Source of the DNA: the human T2T-CHM13v2.0 reference genome, Homo sapiens
Assembly: GCF_009914755.1 (NCBI RefSeq)
Contig: NC_060925.1
DNA: 64,000 nucleotides
Direction: 5' to 3' (one strand)
A program made the translations under genes and the position numbers. Below the pieces are notes generated by a model. That model searched no databases, was not told the origin of the DNA, and saw nothing but the letters and a program-made list of their open reading frames with translations. Numbering within the stretch: position 1 is the stretch's first letter; the number at the start of each line of letters is the position of its first letter. This document shows positions 27,749-42,214 of the stretch, in pieces.

Positions 27749-27955
27749 GGGTTAATAGTAACTTAATTGTACTTTTTAAAATAATGAAAAGAGTATAATT
27801 AGATTGTTTGTAAAAGAAAAGATAAATGCCTGAGGTGATGGATTCACCATTTAGCCTGATATGATCATTGCACATTGTATGCCAATGTCAAAATATCCCA
27901 TATGCCCTATAAATATATGCATCCACTATGTACTCAGAAAAATTAAATTTTTTAT
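27749..27955 (+). mobile_element. L1MA 3'UTR end
   Basis: gagtataattagattgtttgtaa...gataaatgcctgaggtgatgga...actatgtactcagaaaaattaaa. Confidence 0.85.
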
Positions 27956-28244
27956 AAAGATGCCATCAAATTGTTCTTATTTAGCCAATTGCTTATTGAA
28001 AAATGAATATGTCATTTTATTTTGCATTTTGTAGCTTGATCATGATGTAGAGGTACTTTTTCCACTTTCTTAATATCACTAATGATTCTTTGCATTTTCT
28101 TTTGTTTAGTTGTCTTTTTGAAAAATCTATTTTTATTATTGATTTGTAAAAATTTTTCCCAAATTTTTCAAGTTATTTGCTTTAGTTTTTTAATATCGAA
28201 TTTTTTTATTTTATGCAAGCCTATTTATTATGCTTTTCTTCTGT

Positions 28245-28460
28245 GACAGTGTAGTTATTAAGAACACAGGCTATGGAGGCATATACATATGAGTTTAGTC
28301 CCAGCTTTACCAATTAAATGCTGAATGACTTTGGACAAGTTGCTCAACCTTGCTGAATCTCATTTTTCTCTTTAGTAAAGGTGATGTAAGGACAGTACCG
28401 ATCACATGTAGTAATCACGTCTGCTACATGAAATATTATGCTTAGAGCATTTACCATAGG
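28245..28460 (+). mobile_element. MIR
   Basis: ttaagaacacaggctatggag...gactttggacaagttgctcaacct...tctcatttttctc. Confidence 0.75.
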
Positions 28461-29120
28461 CTTAAAGTAGTTTATTTATTTTTCCTGATATAGGATAAAC
28501 ATTTCTATTTAAATATTCTATTTTTTTGTAATTAACTTTTTAATTAATTAGAATTGATTTAACATGTGTTATGATATATAGTCAGGACTTACTTCACCTG
28601 CAGCAAATATTTAAATAGTTTTTTTAGCTAATTAAAATAATTTGACATTTTTCCGCTTAATTGATGTCACTATGGCAATACATTAATTTTAATTATACAT
28701 ATGTTTATATACTTGAGTCTATTTCTGTGTTTTGATTTTATCCCATTAATCAAATTTTCTTATAAAATTACAGCTATTCAAGAATTAAAAATTCATTACA
28801 TATTTTATTATCTACTTGTGCAAGCTTCTCAATAACATTTTATTTAAAATTTTTTCTGTTGAGTTTCACATGTATAACATTTTACATTAACTAATCAATA
28901 TTAGAATTGCTTGGTGAAGTCCACTTGACACTTTGACACAAAACTGAAATTGCATTTAGTGTATATAAATGGATTTGTTTATTATGATTATTTTCACATT
29001 ATAAAATCCCATTCAAGAATAGAATTTGTCTCAAATATTTTAATGCTATTTTATGTCCTTCATTAATGTTTTCCATTATTCCTAAAAGCCTTACACTTTT
29101 CTCTTTGCTTAGTTTTAGGT

Positions 29121-29647
<527 letters not shown>

Positions 29648-29763
29648 TTCTGGACGTCTTAAGATAGTTTATAATTGCCATTCTGAACAGAATATTTTTA
29701 TTTTATTATATTTTCTTGGAATTCTTTGTTTCACATGATAGCTATTTTTTTGTACACTTTGTG

Positions 29764-30518
29764 TTTTTTTATTTTTTTATTTTGTGGGTACATAGTAGAC
29801 ACATATTTTTGGGGTGCATGAGATATTTTGGTGTAGGCGTACAATAATCACATCATAGAAAACTGGGTATCTAACCGCTCAAGCATTTATCTTTTGTGCT
29901 ATCAGCAATCCCATTGACTCTTTTAGTCATTTTAAGATACACGACTAAATTATTATTGACTATAGTCACCCTATAGTTGTCATCCTATACTGTACTATTG
30001 TACAATCAAATACTGGGTCTTATTCATTCTTTCTGTTTGTTGTTTCTACCTGTTAGCTATCCCCACTTCTTCCCCCACTTCCTCACTACCCTTCCCAAAC
30101 TCTAGTAACCGTCCTTCTACTCTCTATCTCTGTGAGTTCAATTGTTTTGTTTTTTAGAGCCTACAAATAAGTTAGAACATGTGATGTTTGTCTTTCTGTT
30201 CCTGGCTTATTTCACTTAACATAGTAACCTCAAGTTCCATCTATGTTATTGCCAATGACAGGATCTCACTCTTCTTTATGGCTGAATAGTACTTACTAGT
30301 GCATATGTACCACATTTTCTTTATCCGTTCATCTGTTGATGGACACTTAGGTTGCTTCCAAATCTTAGCTATTGTGAACAGAGCTGCAACAAAGATGGAA
30401 ATGCAGGTATCTCTTCAATATGCTGATTTCCTTTCTCTGGGGTATATAACTAGCAGTGGGATTGCTGGATCATATGGTAGCTCAATTTTTAGTTTTGTGA
30501 GGAACCTCCAAACTTTTC
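29764..30518 (-). mobile_element. L1MA2/3-like 3' end, 5'-truncated
   Basis: ttttgtgggtacatagtag...caagcatttatc...ggaacctccaaact; same family as the 14185 element. Confidence 0.92.
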
Positions 30519-31521
30519 CGCAGTGGTTATGCAATTTATTCTCATTATTGATATCTTTTACTAATTTTAATAGTTTCTATCTATGCAGGCCTTGGGTTGA
30601 TCTAAGATCATTATATTATCTGCAAAGAGAGATACATATTTCTTCTTTCCAACTTTTATGTCTCTTATTTCCAGAAAAAAATGTAGACATTAGAATAATA
30701 ATAAGCTTCCCTGTTCTATTCCTAATATGATCAGGCATTCTGCAAATGTTTGAGCATTAAATTGGTGGTATTCATTTGAGACAGCTATTGTATACCTGTT
30801 AAATAAATAAATAAAGGTCTTTCTACCACAGTTCATTAAAAAGGTTATTTTATCTATTTATTTTGTTTTGTTCACTTTGATGAAAAGAGGAAAAGATGTT
30901 GAATTTGAGTTAATGCCCTTTGCTCACTTATTTGGATGTACAGTTGAGTTCTCTCCTCTCATCTATTAAGTACTCGCTTATAGTGGATTAATTTTTGCAT
31001 TTCTACCGCAAATTCTTCTTGGTCAGGTTGTATTAATTTCATAATATATAGCCAAAATAGTTTTTGTTACCATTTTATTTAAATTTATTTTATGTATATA
31101 TAAACTTGCTTTTTCATAATGTATTATTTTGCGTGCTATATTTTAGGCTCGATATTAAGAATATGCAAGTTTATAAAATGAATCTGAAAACTTACCATCT
31201 CTGTATCTCTGAAGCAGTTTATGAAGTGTAGGAAACATTTATTCTGCCTTAAAAATACACACAGTATAAACACAATGGAGGAAATCATAAAAGGAGTCCT
31301 TATTAATAGAGTTAAAATCACTTGCCTATGAAAAGAATGATCCTATGTTTTAGTTACTTGGTCCTCTCAAGCTTCTCTTGGTAACATGTTAAGCTCAGGC
31401 CAAAATTATGTCACAGATGTTTTGTTTTCACATACTTTCTGATTACTGCATTTTGTGTTTCTATTATGTCTTAATTACATATTGAATGATTAATTAATCT
31501 TCCTTGTTTTAGTTATGCAGC

Positions 31522-32150
31522 TTGTAGCAGGGAAGGTTAATTGTCATGCTATAGGCCTTGAAAATCTCTTTCCAAGAAAAAGATTTTGTTACAGACCTCG
31601 CTCTAGCATGTAACTATGAGTGCCACAGCCACAGCAATTAGACCAACCAGGAACACTTGTTTCAAGGACAACAGTTGTACAGCAACCAATGATCTAGTAA
31701 ACCTGATGAGCCAGAGTCATCAGATTTTTCTCTCTTAGGAGTATGGCTAAAAACATGCAGGAATTTGATGGTCATTGTTAGAAGCTGCAATCGAAAGATC
31801 ATGAAAGCTAGTTGAGCCTTAAAAATGTATAATGGTTTATTTATAAATTGATGTTGCTAAGGAATAGGAGCTAAAGGGAGTCAGTCAGTTATTTTAAGTG
31901 GGAAAGAAAATAGACAATCAGAACGTAGCTTAATCAACTTAATGGTGTAGTATCGGAATGAAAACCATAACTTTCTTCTCTGCTAAGATTATTGCACCAA
32001 TTCTTAATCCATACTCTCCATGTGGCTCCTGTTTTCCTGAGATTGTTGCACTTAAACTCCTGGCCTTGAAATTCTAGAGGGGATCCACCTGTCTTCAGGC
32101 ATAACAAAAACCATGATTATCTGAAGTAGTTATTTCTTTTTCTTGCAACA
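31522..32150 (+). mobile_element. Possible ancient ERVL/MaLR-type LTR
   Basis: Starts tgtagcaggg, internal catcagatttttctctc, ends tttcttgcaaca; family not resolved. Confidence 0.35.
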
Positions 32151-35100
32151 AAAGTAGCTTCATCCGATAAGTTGCCTTTACAAAATCCACCTTCTGAAGT
32201 GCAAAATGTATGTAAATGGTAAAACTATTACGGATATCTTGGATCAGACAGCTAGGTGAAATTCTCTAACTACTGTTAGATTTGTCCATATTTATTTCCA
32301 AATATTATACCTATATACTGAATTGTATGGTATAGCCTATTAAATAACAGAACAGGACATTTTAATTTATTTAATGCTGAATATATAAAAAAATTTATTT
32401 TGTGAAAGTAAAGGAGACTAACCCGTATATGGGAAAATTTTTAATTTGACATGAAATAAAAACAAAAAGCTTCTTTCAAACTCAAATTGCTAGCTAACCA
32501 TTTGATCTATTTTTTTAATTCTTAAATTACCTAGCAATAAGTCATGTCATTCTCTACAGACTAGTTTTTTTCATAAGACCAACACTATTTTAAAGATGAG
32601 AAAGATAGGAATAACCAGAGATGTAGATAAATAATTTTTACAGTTATTTATCGTGATTTCAGATTACATTTTGAATGCCATCTCTCTGTAATCAGATATT
32701 TTTTAAAGCAATGTTAAATGTTTGCCCTCGGTTGTGAGATATCTTCCCCTGCCAAGAGAAACAAAGAATGTCCATGAAAATCTTTATGACTTAGGGGAGC
32801 ATGTGTCAGCCCAGAATTCCATGAAGAGCACTATCAAGCAGCCTTCATACCAGAGAAAATTTCATTATCTGGAATAATCAATTGTTTTGGGTCCAAGCTA
32901 AGAATGATATTAGCTTGTCTGGAAGTGACAATCTAAATGGGTCAAGCCCAGTTGCTGCTGACTAAAATAATACCTGTCTTAATACTGGAATATCTGGGGA
33001 ATAGTGCCATTTAGAGAAATGAAAAAGTAAAATTGAATTGTAAAATGAATTTGTCTTCACTTGTCATCACGCTTTATTTAGTTTACACTGGCAATTTAAA
33101 AGCCTCATATTTCAATCTTTTAGGGCACAATATCACTTAAATTCGTCCTTCCCTTGTGTGCTCAGGGTGGGGGTCATGGTTGTGCAATGCATTATTTTAA
33201 GTGCATATTGGCATGACATACAGATACTTAAGAAAGAACCCTTCTGAAAAGGAGAGGAGAGACAAGGCAGATATTACTGGTCCCTGTGAATGAGAGACAT
33301 GCAGTGTAGAGTGTTTGGCCCACTGTTAGCAAGCTATTTAGTCCTGCTAACAGTGAATTCTCTAGGATGACAGCAGGATTTGTCAGTGGCGGCTGCTTGA
33401 CAAGTTGAAGTGAGAGGGGCACAAGAAGATAGAATGAAATCACATTGCAGCACAGCCTCAAAAGGTTCAGCATAGGCATGGGATACAGCACAACACGGCA
33501 GCTGAACAAGCAACTAGATATTTCACAGGCAAGACAGACAACTCTTTCCTAAGCCAAGATAGTGTGTAGTATATGAGCAGAAGAGGATCCATGACTAAAT
33601 CGAATTTTTTAAATGTCTTATCTTAGAACACGTAGCTGTTAGGACACACTGAAGTCCAGCCCAGTGAATGTCATGTAAAAATTTAAATGACACAAATACA
33701 AGAGTTCATATTTGAAGGTGGGGAGGAAGAAAGCCAGAGAAAGAAAAAAAATGCTTTATAGCAGTATAGGTTATTTGAGGAGTGTATACTCCTGAATAAA
33801 TGTGACTTGGGAGTTATAATGTTGCTGTTCTTTTGGGTTTCTCGTAGGCAGATCATCTCTATCTCCCTGCTCTTACTGTACTTTTCAAGTTTAAAGGTAT
33901 ACACTTTATTTTTGTAATAGCATCTCTCCTAAAAACATAGCAGCTACTTTAAATAAATTCATCCAATGCTGAGAGAATAAGGTGACTGACATGGTATACT
34001 GTTCTCTACTTAACCACTTTATTAGCTCTTTTCAAAGGCAATTTGCCCAAATATGATTTTCATCTTATGCACTTACTTTAGAATATCATCTCTAGGTAAA
34101 ATGAGCACCATGGTGAAAACACGTATTTCAGAGGGAAAGAGAAATAGGACTTTTAAAGCGTGTCACAATTTGTGGATAACATTTAAACAGCGGCATTCTT
34201 CAGAGAAGAGCAATGTGCACACAAATATTTTCATGGTAACTCTCATCTGAAAGGAGTACATATTTGATAGTAACTGTCATCTGAAATGCTTACAGATCTT
34301 AAAGGATTACTGCATATGTTGTAAGACTGCCCCAAAAGATGATTACTTCAACAATAAAAGATGTTTAAAATAACAACTTTTATTATCTTATATGTTTACA
34401 ATGATGTGACTGCACCTAAAGGTGAATGCAAGATGGCCAGTGGGGGTGAGGGGAGAAAACACTAGAATGCGTATTTTTTATATAAAAAATAAGAAATAAA
34501 TTTATTCTTATGAATTTTAACCATAACTTTGTGTCCTCACTTTTTACATCAAATAAGGATGTCACCTATATAGCACATAACTGTACTGAGAGAATATTGA
34601 GAGTTCCATAGAAATCTGAATATATAAGTATTGATATTATTATTATTATTATTCATTTAAATTATAAATTATAAGCTTGAGGCATAATAAATATTTTCCA
34701 TTGTTACAGATCAAATTTGGATAACAAATATTTCATGACTGGTATCTTAAAAACTCAATATTGATTTTAATGACCTAAATCTTTGATGAACAATGTTAGG
34801 GCAAAAAATTGTTTTACCCGTCTTCCTTAAAGAGCTAAAAAAAAATAAATAAAATAAAAGGAAAACAAAAATTATTCAAATATAGCTGTTTCTACAATTT
34901 AAGGCCTTTTACCTCTTTCAGATATTGTCATTTTTTTCAGAATATCTTACATATCTTTAGGTAGAAATGTTTATCTGTACAGTGGGGTCATTGATGGCTT
35001 TCCACTGCAGAAACATTTTGGTTGGGGGCACAAATTTTATGGCTGTTGATCACAAAAGTAGCTTTTTAAATATTACTCTTTCTTTATTTACTAAGAGAAA

Positions 35101-36939
35101 TGCAATAGCCTTGGTTCTTCTTACGCTGAAGTAGTGCTCTTGTTATTAAAGTAAGGATGACAGTTCTAACAAAAACTTAGAAAGCACATGTAAAAGTACC
35201 CTTTATTAATCTTTGAAGTGTTATTTAAATAGAAGGGCTAAATATACTTATCATTCATTCGCAGTGGAAAATGATTTAACCTCCACATGGGGACAATCCG
35301 TTTTCATGCTTCATAGCATTGGGTTGATAAGTTAATCACTAAGAGAATATTGAACTTATCATCACAATGAAGCCTCTTACCTGTATCATAACAGCAGGGC
35401 TAACTTTAGACTTACTTTTAAAATTGCCCCAGTTGTCCCCTTTGAGTAATTCTTCCCTTTAGTGCCTTCTAACTGCTCCTCCCCAACTGTCATGATTGCC
35501 CCTTGGAAAGCATGATTATCTGGGACATTTTACTCCTGGCCTAGGAAATTTACTTGTATAGCTCCTGGGGTCTCAGAGAGATAAAGTTAAATTTTATTAT
35601 TCAAAGAATCATAGTCATAATTAGAGTTTCATGCCAGTTATGAGGACAGAGGGTATCAAGGCAGATCAGTGGTGGGGGAGGGTGTGGTGGGGGGGTGCCA
35701 TATTTGAGCCTGGAGATATCTTCAAATCATAGGTGGTTGGAAATTGCTTACTTTCTTTTATGTCCCTAAGACAAAAAGATACACAATATATATATCAAGA
35801 TGAGGTTTAGGAACATTTTCGTAACATACAGAATCTTCTAAGATGTAAAAAGATCTTGACAATTAACATAGTCCAACCTCTTCCCCATATAAAAGAATCA
35901 TAATTAAAAGAAGGAAGATTTTAAAATTTCTAATTGTATTTTTGTAAATAAGACTATGTAATTCTAAATAGATTTATGGGATACAGTTTTAGGTGTGAAT
36001 AAAATGTGAACAAAAGCATTATCCAAAGAACAGCTGTTATGGAAATTTCCAAGATGGGAGAACAAAAGAAAACAAATCTCCAGAAATGAAATATGTATTC
36101 AAAACTTGCAAATAGATTTTAATATCAGGTCATAAAAACCTCAAAAAGAAAGTCAGTGCGTAACCATGACAAGAAAATAAAAAAGGAGTCCAAGAATCTA
36201 TTATACGACCATAACAATGAACAAAATCAAATTTTGGTACAAAGAAAGGACAGTACAGAAATAAAGTAATTGTAGTTGTGCACAGAAAAGTTACCCAGGA
36301 GATATAAACAGATCTAAGTGAGGATAAAAATCAGCTATACAGATCTTAATAACTCTTATTGTCAATGAAAGTAGAATCCCAAAAGAGAGACTGAAAAGTT
36401 GAACAATTCATTGGCTGGCAATAGAAGAAAATAAAATGTGAAAACAGCTAGATAGGGACTTAGATGTTATTTTAAAGTTAATGCACTGTGAAAAGGAGCA
36501 GAGAAATGAACATACCCAGCATCACAGTAATAACCAAAGTTCAGGAAAGTTGGTAAGAAAATTCAATGCCTCTTTATCATATTCTATACACAGAGGAGAC
36601 AATCTGCCAAGAAATCTTTATAGGTTTGACACAGAACTTTACAAATCAGACGAACTGAAAAACATCATTAGCAAAAAGAGGAAAAAAATATAATTATGTA
36701 GCCGGCTCAGCCTTTTAAGTGGAAGAAAGGAATCAAAAAAGATGCCAACTCAGAAACATGATGAGACCTTTTATAAATGCTGCTGGGGGCCTGGGCAACA
36801 TCTTCTTTTGAAAAACATTGTATCTGTCCGTGAATGGTTTTTATATTTCAAGGGGCCATGGTTTGATTAACTCTGTCTTTTATCGCCTCCATAGTCTTCC
36901 TGATCTTTGCTTTCCCCATTTCCCACCCACCCCACATCA

Positions 36940-38915
36940 CGATCTCAGATCTTTTTATTTCTGACCTCCTTCTTTATTGAGAAAATTGAGAGACCCAGGC
37001 TTAAATTCTCTCAACTACCTGCCCCACTGTTATAGACTTACTTATATCCAACTGAGCCTGACCTCAAACACTCCAGGTTCAGCTGAAGGGGTATATTTCC
37101 TGCTTTTTTATTTCAACAGCTCCTCCCTTACCCTTAACCTCAGTCTTTTCTATCTAAACTAAGTACTTGGTCTGTAGGAAGACCAAGATGGCCTTAAGGC
37201 CATCTTGAAGAAACTTTCGAAAAGCTTCTTCCCGTTGGGTTCGATTGTAGACTCTTGACCTCTCTTTACTTAGAACATTTACTTTAGAAAACTTGTAATT
37301 GTGAATCTTTTCTCTATCCTTTTGACATGTAAAGTTTATAAAAAGCTACTGGCTTAAAAAAAGAAAACAAACAAACAAACAAAAACACAAAATTCCAGAA
37401 ATGTCTTTTTCAAGGACATGGAAGCCATTCCTTAAATAAGGGTGCTATCTTTCTTGATGAAAAATTTCCGTGGGAAGATAGGAGCCTAACCTCCACAGGT
37501 AAGGCAACTAAATTGTAAAACAACCTCATGTCATGAAGATATGAGAAAGTTTACTCTCCTTTTGAGCAAAGTCTATGATCAGAGAAGGCCTATGATCCCC
37601 CTATCCCAGATCTTCAAAACTTTCTAGTCATTTGTCTGAGTTGAGTTCAGAGTTCAAACTCTCTCTCCTATAACAGTCACCTTGAATAGAGTCTTCCTAT
37701 TTAACTTTGTCCAGTGCTAGTTTTGCTTTGATTATCTTAACTTTTTTCCAACAATTTAAAACACTTCCTGTCTACAGGGTCATTTCATCAATTATAATAA
37801 GGCTTAGCTGTCCTATACTCCCCAAGCATCCTTCTAGTCCTTTAGTTACCAGCTTCTTTTTTTCACTCATCCAAATTTCTTAAAAGATGAGTGCCCACTT
37901 ACTATCCCATTTAATTTTCTCATCTACTATACACTTCTGAAATTACTGCAACATTGTCATTCCACTGTAGCTTTTCTAGCTACTATTACCCATAAACTAA
38001 AAACTGTCAAATCTAATACACATTTAGTTCTTATTTGAACTTACTGTACTGCCATTGTTGGCTCCTTTCTCTTTGACATTCTTTCATATCCCTTTGCTTC
38101 TGTGACAACATGCTTACCCTGGCTCTCTTCCTTCTGCTTTACACACTGCTTCTTAACCTCCTTTGTTGGATTCGATTTTTCTGGGCATCATGTTAATATT
38201 CTTAATCCTTTTCTTCTTTTCATGTTCCATTCACTCTCTGAGAAAGAGCTTATCCACATCCAATAATGTTGATAACACAGGCCCCACTTCTGACTTCTAA
38301 ACTCAAGTCTCCACCCACTTAGTGGACATCCTCACTTGACTCAAATACAGATGCACTATGTTTATTATCTGAATTCACCTTTCCTCCGTAGGTATTTTTC
38401 TCTCTTTCCATTCTAGCTCTGGAGGTGGCACAAAGCTTCGCATGGTCTCCCAAGCCCAAATCTGAGGACCTTCTCATATCCCTTCTTCCTTACCCTGCAC
38501 ATCTAAATAATTAGCACATCTTGCTTCTAAAACCCTTCTCAAAAACAAGAAACATGTATGTCTGATTCACTCTTACACCCTTTCAATTGTTTCAATGATT
38601 CTCCAGCTCTTACACAGTGAAGAGCCAGTTGTTTAGCAGACTTAAAGGACACCTGTGACCTGGATCATGCTAAGCTCCTAAATTATGTCAGCCACCTTTC
38701 TTTTTCTTGCAATTCAGCAATTTTCAAATTGTTGCTAATGGCTCAGTTTATTTCCTCACACATTGTCACAGGATTCTTCTCTATAATTTGTTAAGACTCA
38801 GATCAAATATTATTTCCACTGGGAAGTTTATTCCAAGCTATACCCCCTTCACACTTGATGGACATTTATGCAGTGCCTGATGTAAGTAAGGCCTCAGTAA
38901 GATTGAGTAAATATT
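36940..38915 (+). mobile_element. L2 LINE relic, interrupted by an LTR
   Basis: ttgagaaaattgag, tgtcaaatctaat, ttgcttctgtgacaaca, tggacatcctcactt, 3' end cagtgcctgatgtaagtaaggcctcagtaa. Confidence 0.75.
37173..37733 (+). mobile_element. ERV1 solo LTR (MER34/MER39-family-like)
   Basis: tgtagg start; catttactttagaaaacttgtaattg; ccagaaatgtctttttcaaggac; gagttgagttcag; cttgaatagagtcttcct; ttttgctttga end. Confidence 0.75.
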
Positions 38916-39526
38916 AATAGAACTATGAAATGTTGTAATGTAGTCCACCTAGAAAAATCTATATTTATAGTTCTTTTAAATTACTGAAATACTAATTGGG
39001 AAAAATGTGAGGAGACAAAAATGAGAAATAAAATATTACAATGATTTTTATTCAAATTTTTTTCTTTGTAAGATATATAATATAGCTGGATTTAGTAAAG
39101 ACCCTTTTGAAACCATTCCTGTGCTGAACAATATTCACAGAATAATCATACATCAATCTTGTTGTATTTCCTCAGTAGGTTTAAATGATCATACAATTTC
39201 TTCAATTACAACTAGAGCTAATTTAATAAGAAAATGTAAAGACTCTCTCTCTCCTTTGCTGGAGCACAGCAAGAAAGTTCTAATTTTGTTTTGCATATAC
39301 ATTTGTTTTGCAATAAAATATTTTCAGATTATTTCACATTGTAAATTTTAGGTTACCTTTTGGGATCAGTCAGGTTTTCCCTGGCAAGAGAGTAGATAAT
39401 GACAAGATAGTGAGTTTATACTAATTAGATCATGTTAGGGGTTGACAGATACTAATTAATTGAACTGAAAACTGTGGTTACAGTGATTTATATACAGTTC
39501 TATAACTGCATTAAAATAAACCCTTT

Positions 39527-39730
39527 GATAACATTTACTGAATATTTACTATGCAACAGGTCCTCATCTAAAAGCACTTCTCATGAATTAATGTACCGAA
39601 TTCTTACAACATTCCTTTAATATAGGTATTATTATTCTTTTCTTTTTGCAACCAAGGAAACAGAAAAATAGAGTTGATTAAGGTTACACAAGTAGAAAAT
39701 GGCAGGTGGTTTAGCTCCAAAACTCATGTT
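39527..39730 (-). mobile_element. MIR
   Basis: aacatttactgaatatttactatgc...aattcttacaaca...taggtattatta...aaggttacaca. Confidence 0.65.
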
Positions 39731-39974
39731 ACTGTATTTTAAAACTCATATTCAATAAAATATAACATTCTGGTATATTTTAGTTATATCTCCCTTCATA
39801 CCATTCAGTTATAAATAATACGCTTGTGATAATTATTTTTAGTTTGAGGGACTAAGGATTTATCTTATTTTTATATTGTTTTCTTTCATAATAAATATTC
39901 TCATCTTCTGTCCCATTGTCTTTCCCTGTTATTTCTGCTACGGCACTGTTCTAATGTTGACTCATATTAATGTT

Positions 39975-40100
39975 ATAATTATTTCGTAGATGAGAAAACA
40001 GAGGCATAGGAAGGTTAACGGGTATTCCCAAGGTCACAGAGCTAGTAAGTGGTAATGCAGGGATTTAAACTCAGGCAGGTCAGACAGAACCCATGCTCTT
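39975..40100 (-). mobile_element. MIR core
   Basis: agatgagaaaacagaggc...ccaaggtcacagagctagtaagtgg...gggatttaaactcaggcag. Confidence 0.85.
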
Positions 40101-40574
40101 TATTAGATTATGTTGCCTATGTTTAAAAGTGTTCAAATTCAGTCTTTTACATTGAAAATAACTTTTTTAGGTAGAATGAAATCTCTTGTTTATATTTTTG
40201 ATCTATTATTGATAGATAGTATTTTTAAAAGAGTTGTAGAATTTAATTAAATTATTCTCATTTTATATGTGGAAAAATGGAGCTATAGATGCAAATGAAA
40301 GAAAGTAGGGATTTATGAATTTCTATTCCCTGCTTAACTTTTGTTGATACTTCAATAGTTGCAAATCTTTTTCTAAAACTTCAAGGGCATCCCCCAACAT
40401 TCCATATGATAACTCTTTTGAAGCCCTTTGTGAAGACATAGATAACTTTCCAATTCTCTTTGATGTAAATGCCAATTTAGATGCTTACAGAACTCATCAA
40501 ATTTTACACTATTGAGTCATCACTCAGCTGAGAATGGAATGGGGGCATTGATATAACTAGTAATTGAGTTGTGA

Positions 40575-40800
40575 CAACTTAACATATGTTGTGGTCTTAC
40601 CTGTATCACACACTGTGCAAACTCCTTTGTCTGCATTATACTAAAAAATAATTTCAGCAATTGTAGGGTGGTCACTGATTTTGTTTTTCATTTTATATGT
40701 CAGAAAATAAAGACAGATAGATCAATGTCATTAATTTCACAAGCTAATAAATTTTGCAAGCTGATAAGTAGAAGAGCCAGGATTTTAGTCCACTTGTTTT
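40575..40800 (-). mobile_element. MIR (degenerate)
   Basis: cattttatatgtcagaaaataaagacag...agctgataagtagaagagccaggatt. Confidence 0.5.
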
Positions 40801-42069
40801 GTCTTTGGGTTTGACTCTAGCGCCATCTTAGAGGTTGCCAAAAATCAACTTTTACTTTTATTATTAAGATTTCCTGTTGGCTTTTCATAATAAAATATAC
40901 GAATCCACAAAGTAAGCGTTGTTGGAAGGGCATGCAAAGGGCCCTGAAAGAAAATGCTTTTTTTTCTGAGGCTACATTTTGTAAAATTTTTCCATGGAAT
41001 GTTAGGATGTTAGATATAACTATATGAATACACATATATACATATATATGGAGAGAAATTTCGCCACAGAAATGATAGAAATCATTACTAAAGGGAAATT
41101 ATAGCAAAAGAACTTAGAGTGTAATTTTTAGCTGGAGAAGAAACAGTATAGTTAGTGATTAAGTTTTTTTTTTTTTTTTTTTTTTTTGGTCTGAGAACAT
41201 GTTTCAAGATAGAAGAAAATGAAGAAAAGTAAAATAACAAGGTCAGGGGCAGCAGATGTATCCTCCTTGTTGTCCTAGGGAGAGAACGACAAGCAAGGAG
41301 CTGGCAGGAAGCCCAGAAACCTGAGGTTGAAACTCTTAGCATTATTTCATAGCATGCCTAAAATGCTGACATGAATGAGAGGCCTCCAACAGGTATGCGG
41401 AAGACTCTGACGACTCAATGACAGTGGTCGATTGTGTTTCTGTGATCACTTGTACTGCAGCAGGGTAACAAATATGAAAGGGTGACAAGAAAGGGCAAAA
41501 AAATATTCAAAAGCTTGTATTTGCTACACTGAGCTTTAGGGCAATGGTTATTTTATCCTTTTTGTTTTATTATTTTTCAAGTTTTTTTTTCCTAAACCTC
41601 TTTGTCCCTATAGGATAGTATTCCTTACTCGTTCATGATTTCAAAGCACGTGTTGCTTTCTCTACAGACATGGTCAGACCCTATTTTGAAATAGATGACA
41701 TTTTCATTGCTTACTCTGTTCAACTTTTATATTTAATTTTCACTGGGATATCCACTACTTTTTTTTCTCACTGGGCATTGGCTTATACTTGGGGAAACTA
41801 TATCATCTAAACTTAACTTTACATTCAAGCTTGTCTGTTCTTTGAGAGTGGATGTTAGTGACTTGATATATTATGCCTTGTGGGCAACGTATTTGCATTT
41901 TTACTGGTGCTTTTTGAATGCCTGATTCCATAAAAGAAACTTATAGCATTAACATTATAAAGGAGGTGAGGTTTTTCCTCTAGTAGTGTTTGTTAACTCT
42001 TTCCCAAAAGTAGCCCTTACCTCTATTAGTAATCTAATACTCTCAGGGGCTATATTATTAATACTCCAA

Positions 42070-42210
42070 ATATTTATTTAACATATATTTATTCCATATT
42101 TACTATGTGGCAAGTACTAAGCTTAGCAGAAGTGTGGCAAAGATAAAAAAGACAATCCCTGTAGTTAAGAAACTCAAAACTAATAGAAAAGGCTGACACA
42201 ATTATAAAGG
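42070..42210 (-). mobile_element. L2 3' end
   Basis: tatttatttaacatatttt...tactatgtggcaagtact...agacaatccctg. Confidence 0.6.
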
Positions 42211-42214
42211 CTAT

